A stretch of DNA of 64,000 bases from an uncultured Phycisphaerales bacterium (GTDB lineage: Bacteria; Planctomycetota; Phycisphaerae; Sedimentisphaerales; Anaerobacaceae). Within the stretch, counting starts at the first letter, position 1. The number at the start of each line of letters is the position of its first letter. Shown here piece after piece: positions 18,488-27,592 of the stretch. The stretch is from the NCBI GenBank assembly GCA_963718665.1, contig OY970359.1, positions 1,440,001-1,504,000 of the forward strand. The letters are read 5' to 3'. The notes under the pieces were generated by a model. It was not told the DNA's origin. It made no database searches and saw only the letters and a program-made list of their open reading frames with translations. The position numbers were made by a program, and so were the translations under genes.

Positions 18488-18898
18488 CTATGGGTAAACC
18501 TTGTCGGGGTCGAAGACCTTTTCGGCGACGAATTCGAGCTGTTCGGCTGTTCCTTTTTTCACTGCGCGGTAGAAGCAGGATTGGTAGCCATTGTGACACT
18601 GGCCTGAATCGACGGTAACTTTAAGAACGATGCAATCCTGGTCGCAATCGATGAGGATTTGGCTGACCTTCTGGACGTGGCCCGATTGTTCGCCTTTTTT
18701 CCAGAGCTTTTTTCGAGACCTGCTGTAATAAGTTCCACAGCCGGTTTTGATGGTGTAGTCGAGGGCCTCTCGGTTCATATAGGCGACCATCAGGATTTCG
18801 CCCGTTTTGGCGTCCTGTGCGATGGCGGGAATAAGGCCATTCGCGTCGAATTTCGGCGTCAGTTGTGTGCCCAGTTCTATTGTTTTGTCGGCAGCCAC
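18488..18898 (-). CDS. hisI: Phosphoribosyl-AMP cyclohydrolase
   Basis: GLIPAIAQD, YSRSRKKLWKKGEQSG, DCDQD, CHNGYQSCF. Confidence 0.96.
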   Translation of the reverse strand: MAADKTIELGTQLTPKFDANGLIPAIAQDAKTGEILMVAYMNREALDYTIKTGCGTYYSRSRKKLWKKGEQSGHVQKVSQILIDCDQDCIVLKVTVDSGQCHNGYQSCFYRAVKKGTAEQLEFVAEKVFDPDKVYP

Positions 18899-18999
18899 GT
18901 TTATTTCTCCTTCAATTTGCTCAATATGTAAATCTTGCCGGAAAGGGTTTTAACCGTTATCATCTTCTAAAACAAGTGTTTTACGCTGAAAGCAGATAA

Positions 19000-20003
19000 A
19001 TGGGCGAGCAAAAAAAGACCGCAACACAAAAACTGTTCTTTTTTCTGCGAATCGGGTTTGTAATAGCCGCGATAGTTGCGGTAACCATCTGGGTATCGCA
19101 GAACAGCCGATACGTGATTTTAGGCAGCAGTTTCGCGAAGATGGGGCCGTGGTTTTTCGCCGGGATAGTTGTGGCGTTTGTCGTAAGCCAGGCAATTTTA
19201 GCGTCGCGGTGGTGGCTGCTGCTGCGAACACAGGGGATTCGCATTAGTATCTGGGCGGCAATTCGGCTGCATTTTCTGGGGCTTTTTTATAATAACGCGA
19301 TGCCTGGCTCGGTCGGCGGCGATTTGATTCGGGCGTGGTATGTTACCAAGCACACAGAGAAGAAATTCGAAGCCGTGCTGAGCATATTTGTTGATAGGTT
19401 CGTCGGACTGTTAAGCTCTTTGATAATGGCGGGTTTTTGCTATTTCGTTTTGCTGCGGGGCGTAAACCTTGGGATAAGCCAAAAGGCGGCATCAGGCATT
19501 TTGAAGTGGGCAGTGATTGCTGTCGCGGCGCTGGCAATTTTAGTCGCAGCGATACCGGCGGGAAGAAAACTGGCGGCAAAAGTGTTTCAGCACTTCGTAA
19601 CGTTTGCCAAAAAGCTCTGGACGGCAGCGGTCCTGTATGGCAGCAACCCGTTGACCATACTTGCGACCTTCGGGCTTACATTTTTACTTCAGGGAATAGT
19701 CATAACGGGTTTCTGGTTGATTGGCCGACAGATAGGTATAGAAGCGGGGTTGAAATACTATTTCGTATTTTTCCCGCTGACCTGGGGTCTCGGCGCGATA
19801 CCCGTGAGCGTCGGCGGAGCGGGGGTTGTTGAAGGAGGGCTTGCGGGGCTGTTTGTGCTGGCTGGGGTGGGAGCAGAGCAGGCGCTGGCGATTGCGCTTT
19901 GTCAGCGGGCGGTGTGGATAGTCGCGGCTCTTCCTGCGCCTGGATACACTGGACGGGCAGGCATTTGCCGAAAGAGATGCAAATTGAGCCAGGCGAGAAT
20001 TGA
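19000..20003 (+). CDS. Lysylphosphatidylglycerol synthase TM-region / flippase-like (UPF0104) membrane protein; apparent frameshift near 19936
   Basis: RWWLLL, FYNNAMPGSVGGDLIR, DRFVG, PVSVGGAGVVEG; restoring one G gives the C-terminus LPGAWIHWTGRHLPKEMQIEPGEN*. Confidence 0.85.
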
Positions 20004-20060
20004 TGTTTAATACAGGCGAGAATTGATATTTGATAATTAACAAAAGGGAAGCGAGCAAGT

Positions 20061-20747
20061 ATGGCAAAGGGGCGATTCAGGGGATATTTTTTACGCGGGC
20101 TTGGGGTATTGCTGCCGACGGTTCTGACGATATGGCTGATTTTGTGGGGGTTTAACTTTATCAATGATAAAATCAGCGTTCATATAAAACATCTCATAAT
20201 TTTTGGGATAAAGCTGGCCGGGGGGTCGGAGGCAACGCTGGCGAATTTCTGGATTAGCTGGTTTCTGTCGATAGCCGGGTTTTTGATTGCACTGGGAATC
20301 GTGTACATAGTGGGAATCATGTTTGCCAGTGTGCTGGGCAGGGGTATTTGGCAATATATAGAACGACTGATGGCGAACATTCCCCTGTTAAAACAGATAT
20401 ATCCCTATATCAAGCAAATGACGGATTTCTTCTTCAAGCAGGAAGAAACCAAAAAAATATTTTCAAGGGTGGTTGCCGTCGAGTATCCACGCAAAGGAAT
20501 CTGGTCGGTAGGGTATGTTACGGGCAGCGGCATAAAAAAAATTGTTGAGGGGCAGAACAAGGAGTTTGTTACGGTCCTGATACCCACTGCACCGACGCCC
20601 TTTGGCGGTTTTCTAATAATTGTTCCGAAAGAAGAAGTCGTGGATTTGGATATGTCAATCGAAGAGGCGTTGAGGTTTATACTCAGCGCCGGGGTGATAG
20701 TTCCCGGCGAACAAAACGCTGCCCAATCGCCCGCCGGAAGTGAGTAG
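20061..20747 (+). CDS. DUF502 membrane protein
   Basis: FLRGL.VLLP, IPLLKQIY, VAVEYPRKG, IPTAPTP..GF, FILSAG. Confidence 0.9.
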   Translation: MAKGRFRGYFLRGLGVLLPTVLTIWLILWGFNFINDKISVHIKHLIIFGIKLAGGSEATLANFWISWFLSIAGFLIALGIVYIVGIMFASVLGRGIWQYIERLMANIPLLKQIYPYIKQMTDFFFKQEETKKIFSRVVAVEYPRKGIWSVGYVTGSGIKKIVEGQNKEFVTVLIPTAPTPFGGFLIIVPKEEVVDLDMSIEEALRFILSAGVIVPGEQNAAQSPAGSE

Positions 20748-20843
20748 ATTATGCGTGAAATCGGGAAGGGCTTGTGTATAATAAGCTGGCCGGCAGGGGC
20801 CGGGTTATAAGCTATTTAATTGTAAGTGAAAAGGAGAACCGCC

Positions 20844-21167
20844 TTGTTATTCAGGATTAGCGGCAAACACACTGAGGTTCCGGAAAGCGTAAAAAGCTAT
20901 GCCGAGGAAAAAACCGACAAGTTGCCCAAATTTTACGACGTCATCAACCAAATCGAGGTCATTGTTGACGGCAAAGAGGGAAGCAAGGAAGCGGGCAATA
21001 TCGCGGTGGAAATTATCGCCAGGGGAGAACGCAGGAAAATCTTCGTGGTAAAGGAGAAAGGCAACGACGTTTACGCCTGCATCGACCTGGCGGCGCACAA
21101 GCTGGAGCAGCAGCTCAAGAAGACCAAGACCAAAGAGCGGGACGAAAAAAAGCACAGGGCCCGCTAA
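20844..21167 (+). CDS. hpf: Ribosome hibernation promoting factor / RaiA family
   Basis: ISGKHTEV...YAEEK..KL, DVYACID...KLEQQL; AAGGAG RBS before TTG 20844. Confidence 0.88.
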   Translation: MLFRISGKHTEVPESVKSYAEEKTDKLPKFYDVINQIEVIVDGKEGSKEAGNIAVEIIARGERRKIFVVKEKGNDVYACIDLAAHKLEQQLKKTKTKERDEKKHRAR

Positions 21168-21236
21168 AATTCTGAGTTTTTCAGCCGATATGATGCAGAC
21201 AATAAAACCTTATGGGTACGTTTTAGGAAATATGGT

Positions 21237-21710
21237 ATGAAGTTTGCGGATTTCGTTTGTTTTGAGGCGGTCATCCCGGAGCTTGAGTCAAAGGACAGGG
21301 ATGGAGCCATAACGGAGCTTGTGGCTGCGCTTGACAAGGCGGGCCGGCTCGGGAAAGGCAACTGCGACAAAATAACGCGCGCCGTAATCAAAAGGGAAAA
21401 CGAGGCAAGCACGGGAATGGGCAAGGGAATAGCCGTTCCTCACGTCAAGCACAAGGCGGTCAAGGACGTCGTCGCCGCGGTGGGCCAGAGCAGCAAAGGC
21501 ATTGATTTCGCCGCGCTGGACAAGCAGCCGGTGTATTCGGTCCTTCTGCTGTTAAGTCCCGCCGAAGACCCCGACAAACACCTGCAGGCAATGGAACAGA
21601 TTTTCAAACACCTTCAGCAGGAAAAATTCCGCAAGTTCCTGAGGCAGTCACAGACGACCGCCCAGATTGAGGACCTGTTGAAGGAGGCGGACGTTAATCC
21701 GTCCCTGTGA
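21237..21710 (+). CDS. PTS IIA component (Fru/Ntr family)
   Basis: RENEASTGMGKGIAVPH phospho-His motif. Confidence 0.93.
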   Translation: MKFADFVCFEAVIPELESKDRDGAITELVAALDKAGRLGKGNCDKITRAVIKRENEASTGMGKGIAVPHVKHKAVKDVVAAVGQSSKGIDFAALDKQPVYSVLLLLSPAEDPDKHLQAMEQIFKHLQQEKFRKFLRQSQTTAQIEDLLKEADVNPSL

Positions 21711-21757
21711 ATTTTGTGATGCAACCAGGCCGGTGATATCTGAACGGATGCTCAATA

Positions 21758-22069
21758 GTGCAAAATACAGTTTGCGAAATTGAAGTTGAAATAAAAAACG
21801 CGGACGGGCTTCATATGAGGCCCGCGATGCAGTTTGTAGATACGGCCAGCAGGTTTCAGTCGTCGGTAAGCGTCAGCAAGGACGACACAAACGTGGACGG
21901 CAAGAGCATTATGCAAATGAGCATGCTCGCCGCAACGTGCGGAGCGCGGCTGAAAATCAAAGCCGAGGGTGCGGACGCGGCTGAGGCGGTTGAGGCGCTT
22001 CGAGAGCTTGTTGAGGTTAAGAAATTCGGCGAGCCGACACCCGAGGAAAAGAGTAAGCAGGCATGCTGA
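21758..22069 (+). CDS. ptsH: Phosphocarrier protein HPr
   Basis: GLHMRPA and DGKSIM motifs. Confidence 0.93.
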   Translation: MQNTVCEIEVEIKNADGLHMRPAMQFVDTASRFQSSVSVSKDDTNVDGKSIMQMSMLAATCGARLKIKAEGADAAEAVEALRELVEVKKFGEPTPEEKSKQAC

Positions 22070-22081
22070 TCCCGGTCAACA

Positions 22082-23821
22082 ATGGAAATAAAAAAAGGCG
22101 TAGCCGTTTCGCCGGGAATTTCAATCGGTAAGTGCCTCGTTATCGACGCAGAGGATTACCGGATTCCAAGGCGACTTATTGAGCCGTCGCAGCGACTGAC
22201 GGAAACGCAAAGGGTGCGCAACGTTTTCAAGGACGCCATCGAGGAGCTGACAAAGCTTCAGGCCGAGCAGGAGGAAATCGAAGGGCAGAAGATGAAAGAC
22301 ATCTTCGCGGTTCACCTCAGCTATCTTCGGGACCGCACTCTTCGCAAGAAAATAACCGATATGATAACCGCCGAATCGGTTACGGCTGAATTCGCCGTTT
22401 CCAGTACGCTGCGTGATATTGCCGCTCATTTTGCCAAGGTAAAAGACGCCTACATAAGCGAGCGGGCGGCCGACATATATGACATCGAACACCGGTTACT
22501 GCGACTACTCGTCGGAGGCAAGCGGCAGGATATCGCGGCCCTGAAAGAAGAAGCGGTTGTTGTCGCACGCGAGCTTAGCCCCACGCAAACGGCGAGTTTC
22601 AATAAAGAATACGTCAAGGGCATCGCCACCGGCGCGGGCGGCAGAACAAGTCATACGGCGATTGTCGCAAGGTCGCTGGGTATCCCAGCGGTGGTCGCGG
22701 TGGAAGACATCACCGAAAGCGTAAATGCTGGCGACACCGTTATAATCGACGGCAATCGCGGCATTGTCATAGTAAATCCCGACGACAACACGATACAGCA
22801 ATACCTCGAATACGCCGTCGAATATACCGAGCTGGAACACCGACTTGACGCGATAAGAGAAAAACCCGCCGAGACGCGAGACGGGGTGCGTGTGACGCTG
22901 TTTGGCAATATCGAGTTCCCTGATGAGGCACATGGCGTTCTTGAAAAAGGCGGCGAAGGTATCGGGCTTTATCGAACGGAATTTTTGTATCTTAACCGCG
23001 ATACCGAACCGACGGAGCAGGAGCATTACGAGGCCTACTCCAGGACGGTTGCGGTCTTCAAATCCAGGCCGGTTATATTGAGAACGGTGGACCTGGGAGC
23101 GGATAAATACACGCAGAGCAGACGATACGCCCGCGAGCCGAACCCGTTCCTTGGACTGCGTTCGATACGATATTGTCTTCAAAACCTGACGATGTTCAAA
23201 ACCCAGCTCCACGCCATTATGCGAGCGTCGGTCCTGGGCGACCTTCGGATAATGTTTCCTCTCATAACCAACCTGCAGGAGCTGATGCAGGCCAAAATGG
23301 TCCTCGGCGACGTGATGGAGGACCTCGACGACGAAGGAATCCCGTATAACAGAAAAATCAAGGTCGGTATTATGATTGAGACGCCCGCGGCGGCGCTTAC
23401 AGCGTCGATGCTGGCAAAAGACGTTGAATTTTTCAGTATAGGCACAAACGACCTCACTCAATATACGCTGGCGGTTGACAGGGGTAACGAGCTTGTCTCA
23501 ACGTTATATTCCTCGGTTGACCCCGCGGTCATTCGGCTTATCAGGACGGTGATTCAGGATGCGCACAAGGGGCGTGTGGAGACAAGCGTATGCGGCGAGA
23601 TGGCCTCGGAACCGGAATCCGTGATGCTGCTGCTCGGCCTGGGTATTCGCAAGCTGTCAATCGCCGCGCCGATGATACCTGAAATCAAACAGATTATTCG
23701 CTCAGTCACGGTAGAGGAATGCAATAAAGTCGCCAGAAAGGTTCTGGGGATGAATTCTGAAAGACAAATATCCAGCTTCCTTCGTGACGCGGCCAGAAAG
23801 ATATTACCCGAAGCATTTTGA
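22082..23821 (+). CDS. ptsI: Phosphoenolpyruvate-protein phosphotransferase (enzyme I)
   Basis: GGRTSHTAI, GIGLYRTE, EPNPFLGLR, SIGTNDLTQY, CGEMA. Confidence 0.96.
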   Translation: MEIKKGVAVSPGISIGKCLVIDAEDYRIPRRLIEPSQRLTETQRVRNVFKDAIEELTKLQAEQEEIEGQKMKDIFAVHLSYLRDRTLRKKITDMITAESVTAEFAVSSTLRDIAAHFAKVKDAYISERAADIYDIEHRLLRLLVGGKRQDIAALKEEAVVVARELSPTQTASFNKEYVKGIATGAGGRTSHTAIVARSLGIPAVVAVEDITESVNAGDTVIIDGNRGIVIVNPDDNTIQQYLEYAVEYTELEHRLDAIREKPAETRDGVRVTLFGNIEFPDEAHGVLEKGGEGIGLYRTEFLYLNRDTEPTEQEHYEAYSRTVAVFKSRPVILRTVDLGADKYTQSRRYAREPNPFLGLRSIRYCLQNLTMFKTQLHAIMRASVLGDLRIMFPLITNLQELMQAKMVLGDVMEDLDDEGIPYNRKIKVGIMIETPAAALTASMLAKDVEFFSIGTNDLTQYTLAVDRGNELVSTLYSSVDPAVIRLIRTVIQDAHKGRVETSVCGEMASEPESVMLLLGLGIRKLSIAAPMIPEIKQIIRSVTVEECNKVARKVLGMNSERQISSFLRDAARKILPEAF

Positions 23822-23945
23822 CGATTGCCGCCTGAAGCAACTATAATCGACCCCCAACATCCCCCGAAAAACAACAAATTGGCGTCTATAAGCCATTATG
23901 GCGCACCTACTTATATTTTATTTGCGAGTTAAAGACAAAAAACAC

Positions 23946-24001
23946 TTGACAATTCCGTAATAGCGATATAGTTTCGCCTCAGTGAACAGGGCGAAACTAT
24001 T
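23946..24001 (+). promoter_or_regulatory. Sigma70-like promoter with overlapping 11-bp inverted repeat
   Basis: TTGACA at 23946; ATAGTTTCGCC-N11-GGCGAAACTAT. Confidence 0.5.
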
Positions 24002-24386
24002 GGAGGTAACGCCATTGAATTACACGCCCCGTATTAGGCGGTGATTTACTGTTTAATTTTGGAGGGTGAGTATGAGCAGATAGCAGGTATCGTGTCGGTC
24101 ACAAAATCTTATTTAGGCAGGTGCTGTTTCCCGGTGGGTGTTATTGGAGAAAAGGTTTTGCGAGCGAGAATAAGGTTAGGGTTGATTATAGTATCAAATA
24201 GTGTAATAAAGGATAAAATGGGCAGGGGAAATAGCCGACCACCTCTATTTGAGCAATTTATTTACTCTTAGTGGAAATATCACCATGAAAAATATTATTC
24301 CTAAGGGCTTATCCATTCCATTCGCGTTCGCCATCAGAGAGCACGAGTGGAATAAACATGAAACCATAGTTAAGAAAGGAAATTGT

Positions 24387-25373
24387 ATGAAAATATTACA
24401 TGTAGCTCCCATAAGTCACTTGAGGATCTTAGCCGTCCTCGTGGCGTGCGCCTTGGCTACGCCCACAAAGGCCGATCCCTTAAACATCTCTGTCAAGAAG
24501 GGGGGAACGGAGAGCGATGCCATCAACTCCAGGGCGACACAACAGAATTTTGATATCCATAATGATACAGGTAAACCCGCTTATGACATTGAGGTCTTGT
24601 GGGAAGACAAGGATGGAAAAACTAAGGCTGGCAAGGTGAAATCGTATAGCGACAACGGCGACGTTGACAACGCAAAAGCCACCAAACGGGCCGGCATGGA
24701 CACGGCTGTGAATGGAGGGCCCAACAATCCCGTCAAATACAAGGTCGGAACTACTGAAAGCACTGGTCAGGGGCATAATCCTGGTGACCGTAGGTTTGAT
24801 CAGCACTGTTGGGGGCAAGATCCAGTGCTTCGGATAACGATCGAATTTGATGCGGCTCCGGAACTAACCGACAAACTTTTCGTGAGTCTTACGGATATAA
24901 ATGCGTCGCTGATAGCGTGCTTGCAAGACCCGTTGACCAATACCTCCGTCGCAACTGCCGCGTCCCTGAATGGGTGCGACTACACCAACGGGCTCGTGTC
25001 GGATTCATTAAACAAGCACTACTACAATTTTTACGACTTGGAGGACAACAACGGTTTCGTCTCGCTTACTGTCCCGACCAGTTCCAGCCATACTTTGCTG
25101 GAACTACTTGACATGGATGGGGCGACGGTTCTGACGTCAGCGACGGGTTCAACGAGCCTGACGTTGAACCAAGTGTTGGGTAGCCACGGCACCTATTACG
25201 TGCGCGTGAGCAATCCCATCGAATCGGCGACTTATTCTTTATACCAATCAATCGCCTATACGGAAGGGGGCATTCCTACCATTTCTGAATGGGGTCTGGT
25301 TGGAATGGCGGGAGCACTGTTGACGGCAGGGGCTATTGTGATTATGCGGCGAAAGAGGACGGTATCGGCGTAA
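24387..25373 (+). CDS. Secreted IPTL-CTERM sorting-domain protein
   Basis: Signal peptide; C-terminus IPTISEWG + TM helix + RRKR; AAAGGA RBS before ATG 24387. Confidence 0.88.
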   Translation: MKILHVAPISHLRILAVLVACALATPTKADPLNISVKKGGTESDAINSRATQQNFDIHNDTGKPAYDIEVLWEDKDGKTKAGKVKSYSDNGDVDNAKATKRAGMDTAVNGGPNNPVKYKVGTTESTGQGHNPGDRRFDQHCWGQDPVLRITIEFDAAPELTDKLFVSLTDINASLIACLQDPLTNTSVATAASLNGCDYTNGLVSDSLNKHYYNFYDLEDNNGFVSLTVPTSSSHTLLELLDMDGATVLTSATGSTSLTLNQVLGSHGTYYVRVSNPIESATYSLYQSIAYTEGGIPTISEWGLVGMAGALLTAGAIVIMRRKRTVSA

Positions 25374-25422
25374 ATAAAGTAGACATATAACGACCCAACA
25401 ATTCGGTAAGTGAGAAACAAAG

Positions 25423-26028
25423 ATGCGGCAGTCGCGGATGGAACGATATGCTCGGCAGGGGAAAAACAGAGCGAGAAGAAACTGGAAGGATACCAGAACG
25501 AGTTCATGGTTCGCCGAGCGGAAGGGAGTATTTGTTTTTTTTGTGATTTTCGGAATTCTAATGGGTGGGTTTTACATCTTCATGTGTTTTGTGCCGGTTT
25601 ATAACGGGACTGCTTTGCCTGCATATCATCATTTAATTGCAGGAATATCGGCTAAGGCGTTGTCTTTTTTGGGAGAAAATGCGACGGCTACAGAAGCACG
25701 CATCTTTTCGCCGCGATTTTCGGTGCAGATAAAACCCGGCTGTGACGCGGTCGAGGCGACGGCGTTATTTGTTTGTGCAGTTCTTGCATTTCCGGCGAGC
25801 TTTTCGCGAAAAGCAGCGGGGATTATAGGCGGGGTATTTGCACTGGCGGTCCTGAATCTTGTGAGAGTTGCAAGTTTATTTCTTATAGGGGTTCATTTGC
25901 CGGGTATTTTTAGCGTTATGCACATCGAGGTTTGGCAGGGGTTGTTCATAATTTTCGCCGTTATGCTGTGGGTGTTATGGCTCGTATGGATAGTGCAAAA
26001 TCCAGTTTATATAAAGACAAACCTCTAA
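25423..26028 (+). CDS. xrtH: Exosortase, probably XrtH (IPTL-CTERM associated)
   Basis: Multi-TM with GCDAVE (Cys), LNLVR (Arg), MHIEVWQ (His) catalytic triad; adjacent to the IPTL-CTERM gene. Confidence 0.85.
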   Translation: MRQSRMERYARQGKNRARRNWKDTRTSSWFAERKGVFVFFVIFGILMGGFYIFMCFVPVYNGTALPAYHHLIAGISAKALSFLGENATATEARIFSPRFSVQIKPGCDAVEATALFVCAVLAFPASFSRKAAGIIGGVFALAVLNLVRVASLFLIGVHLPGIFSVMHIEVWQGLFIIFAVMLWVLWLVWIVQNPVYIKTNL

Positions 26029-26672
26029 AAGCCAAACAGGCCATAAGGGGGCTTCTCGTATTCGCGGCTATATATTGCCTGCTTTTGGCCTGCTGGCCCG
26101 TAGTGGGAAAAGTTTATTCGCGGATGCACCGTTTAGGCGCCACTTTTTTGTTCGGGTCGTTTGGGACAAACGGTGTGGTTCGCTTCGGAGAATGTAACGT
26201 CAAAGGTTTTGACACGGAAATTACCCTTTATAATTTCGGGCGAGCAACCAAAAGCGGGGTAGCCAAAAAGGGCTGGAGTTACAAGTGCCGGCGCACGGAT
26301 TATATGTACGTGGTTTTTCTAATAGCATTGATTGTGGCCACGCCGATATCGGTCAGGCGAAAGCTGCCGGCTTTGGTGTCAGGGATTCTGCTGATATACT
26401 GTTTCATAGCCGCAAAACTGGCTGCGTGGGTTATCGATAGCTTCAGCAAAGAGCCGCTTTGTCTGTTTTCGATAAGTCCTTTTTGGGAGAAAGGATTCTA
26501 TGTGTTCTATAATCTTATGCAGGATATAACTTTTGGTTTCGTGGCGGCGGCTTTTATATGGATTTTGGTATCATTTCGGCGGGAGGATTGGGCAAATATC
26601 GTTTCGGGAGAGCAGAAATCGGTTCGGATACCTTTGCGGCCGGTTGCGAAGGCAAAAATGGGACGAGCGTAA
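25986..26672 (+). CDS. Exosortase-associated membrane protein
   Basis: Multi-TM, FLIALIVATP motif; overlaps the 3' end of the exosortase gene. Confidence 0.65.
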   Translation: MDSAKSSLYKDKPLKAKQAIRGLLVFAAIYCLLLACWPVVGKVYSRMHRLGATFLFGSFGTNGVVRFGECNVKGFDTEITLYNFGRATKSGVAKKGWSYKCRRTDYMYVVFLIALIVATPISVRRKLPALVSGILLIYCFIAAKLAAWVIDSFSKEPLCLFSISPFWEKGFYVFYNLMQDITFGFVAAAFIWILVSFRREDWANIVSGEQKSVRIPLRPVAKAKMGRA

Positions 26673-26805
26673 GCCAATTATCCGCGTTGTGGTTTGGCTG
26701 AAAAATCCTTGTTTTCAACCACGATTGGGGGATAATGAAGGGATTGTCGCACCCGTTTTGTATTATCAACGTTGATAAGGAGATGAGACCATAACCGGCT
26801 CGAAC

Positions 26806-27528
26806 ATGCAGGGCGATAGCAGCACTGGACGTGTGTGTGCGCTCGTCAAATTCCGAATAGGAGGGAGTTTGCGATTTTTGTCGCACGCGGAGACGATACG
26901 CGTTTTCCAGCGGGCCTGTGTGCGGGCGGGGGTGCAAATCGCGTATAGCCAGGGGTTTAATCCGCATCAGCGAATGTCGCTTGTTCCGCCTCGAAGCGTC
27001 GGGGTCGAATCAGATGATGACCTGCTATGCCTGTGGCTCAAGGAGGGCCAGACGGACCCCGTTAGAAAGAATCGTAATACAGAAATTTCCAATAAATCGC
27101 AGATTTCTAACGGGGCGGGGATTGACGCCGAAGCGCTGAAAAGTGTGCTGCCGGCCGGCATAGAAATCATTTCAGCAGAGGCCAGCGAGGCAAAAAATAT
27201 CCCTGAGCCGATTTCAGCAAGATATGTAATGAAGGTACAGGGACAGAAAATAGATGACGGAATCAGAAAACATATTTCAGAGATATTGGCAGGCGAAAAA
27301 GTTATAGTGAACCGGCGAACAGGCGAGGATGGATGGACCAAACCTGTTGATGTAAGGCCTTTTCTGGAAACAATCAAAGCCCAGGCGCAAGAATTTACAG
27401 TTGACTGCAAGATCAGTCCGGCGGGCACGATACGCGTTGACGAAATTCTCGGTTTGCTGCAATTGAAAACCGCGGATTTAACCGGACCGGTCAGGCGGAC
27501 AAACGTGAAATACACTGACAGACACTGA
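26806..27528 (+). CDS. Radical SAM-linked protein (DUF2344-like) carrying an in-frame 21-aa repeat insertion
   Basis: LRFLSH..T...FQRA..RAG..IAYSQGFNPH, SVGVES, VDVRP; upstream of rne/rng. Confidence 0.85.
   Translation: MQGDSSTGRVCALVKFRIGGSLRFLSHAETIRVFQRACVRAGVQIAYSQGFNPHQRMSLVPPRSVGVESDDDLLCLWLKEGQTDPVRKNRNTEISNKSQISNGAGIDAEALKSVLPAGIEIISAEASEAKNIPEPISARYVMKVQGQKIDDGIRKHISEILAGEKVIVNRRTGEDGWTKPVDVRPFLETIKAQAQEFTVDCKISPAGTIRVDEILGLLQLKTADLTGPVRRTNVKYTDRH
27057..27115 (+). mobile_element. 59-bp MITE-like element, copy 1 (intragenic, in frame)
   Basis: 12-bp TIR CCCCGTTAGAAA...TTTCTAACGGGG; flanks CGGA / CGGG. Confidence 0.88.
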
Positions 27529-27556
27529 CTTAAACACTGACAAACACCGACGTAAA
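27512..27556 (+). repeat. Short periodic ACACTGAC repeats overlapping the gene end
   Basis: acactgac-ag-acactgac-ttaa-acactgac-aa-acaccgac. Confidence 0.6.
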
Positions 27557-27592
27557 CAATGAAAAACATTGATACTATGTGAGAAGAGACAA

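Noticed and set aside
22505..23461. Long antisense ORFs (this 318-aa one, also 45359..46105, 40062..40727, 2978..3595)
   Set aside because: Shadows of well-supported genes on the opposite strand, with no motifs or RBS
23968..24040. c-di-GMP-I riboswitch suggested by GGCGAAAC
   Set aside because: The motif is one arm of a simple 11-bp inverted repeat; the second stem and GCAAAG-type elements are missing
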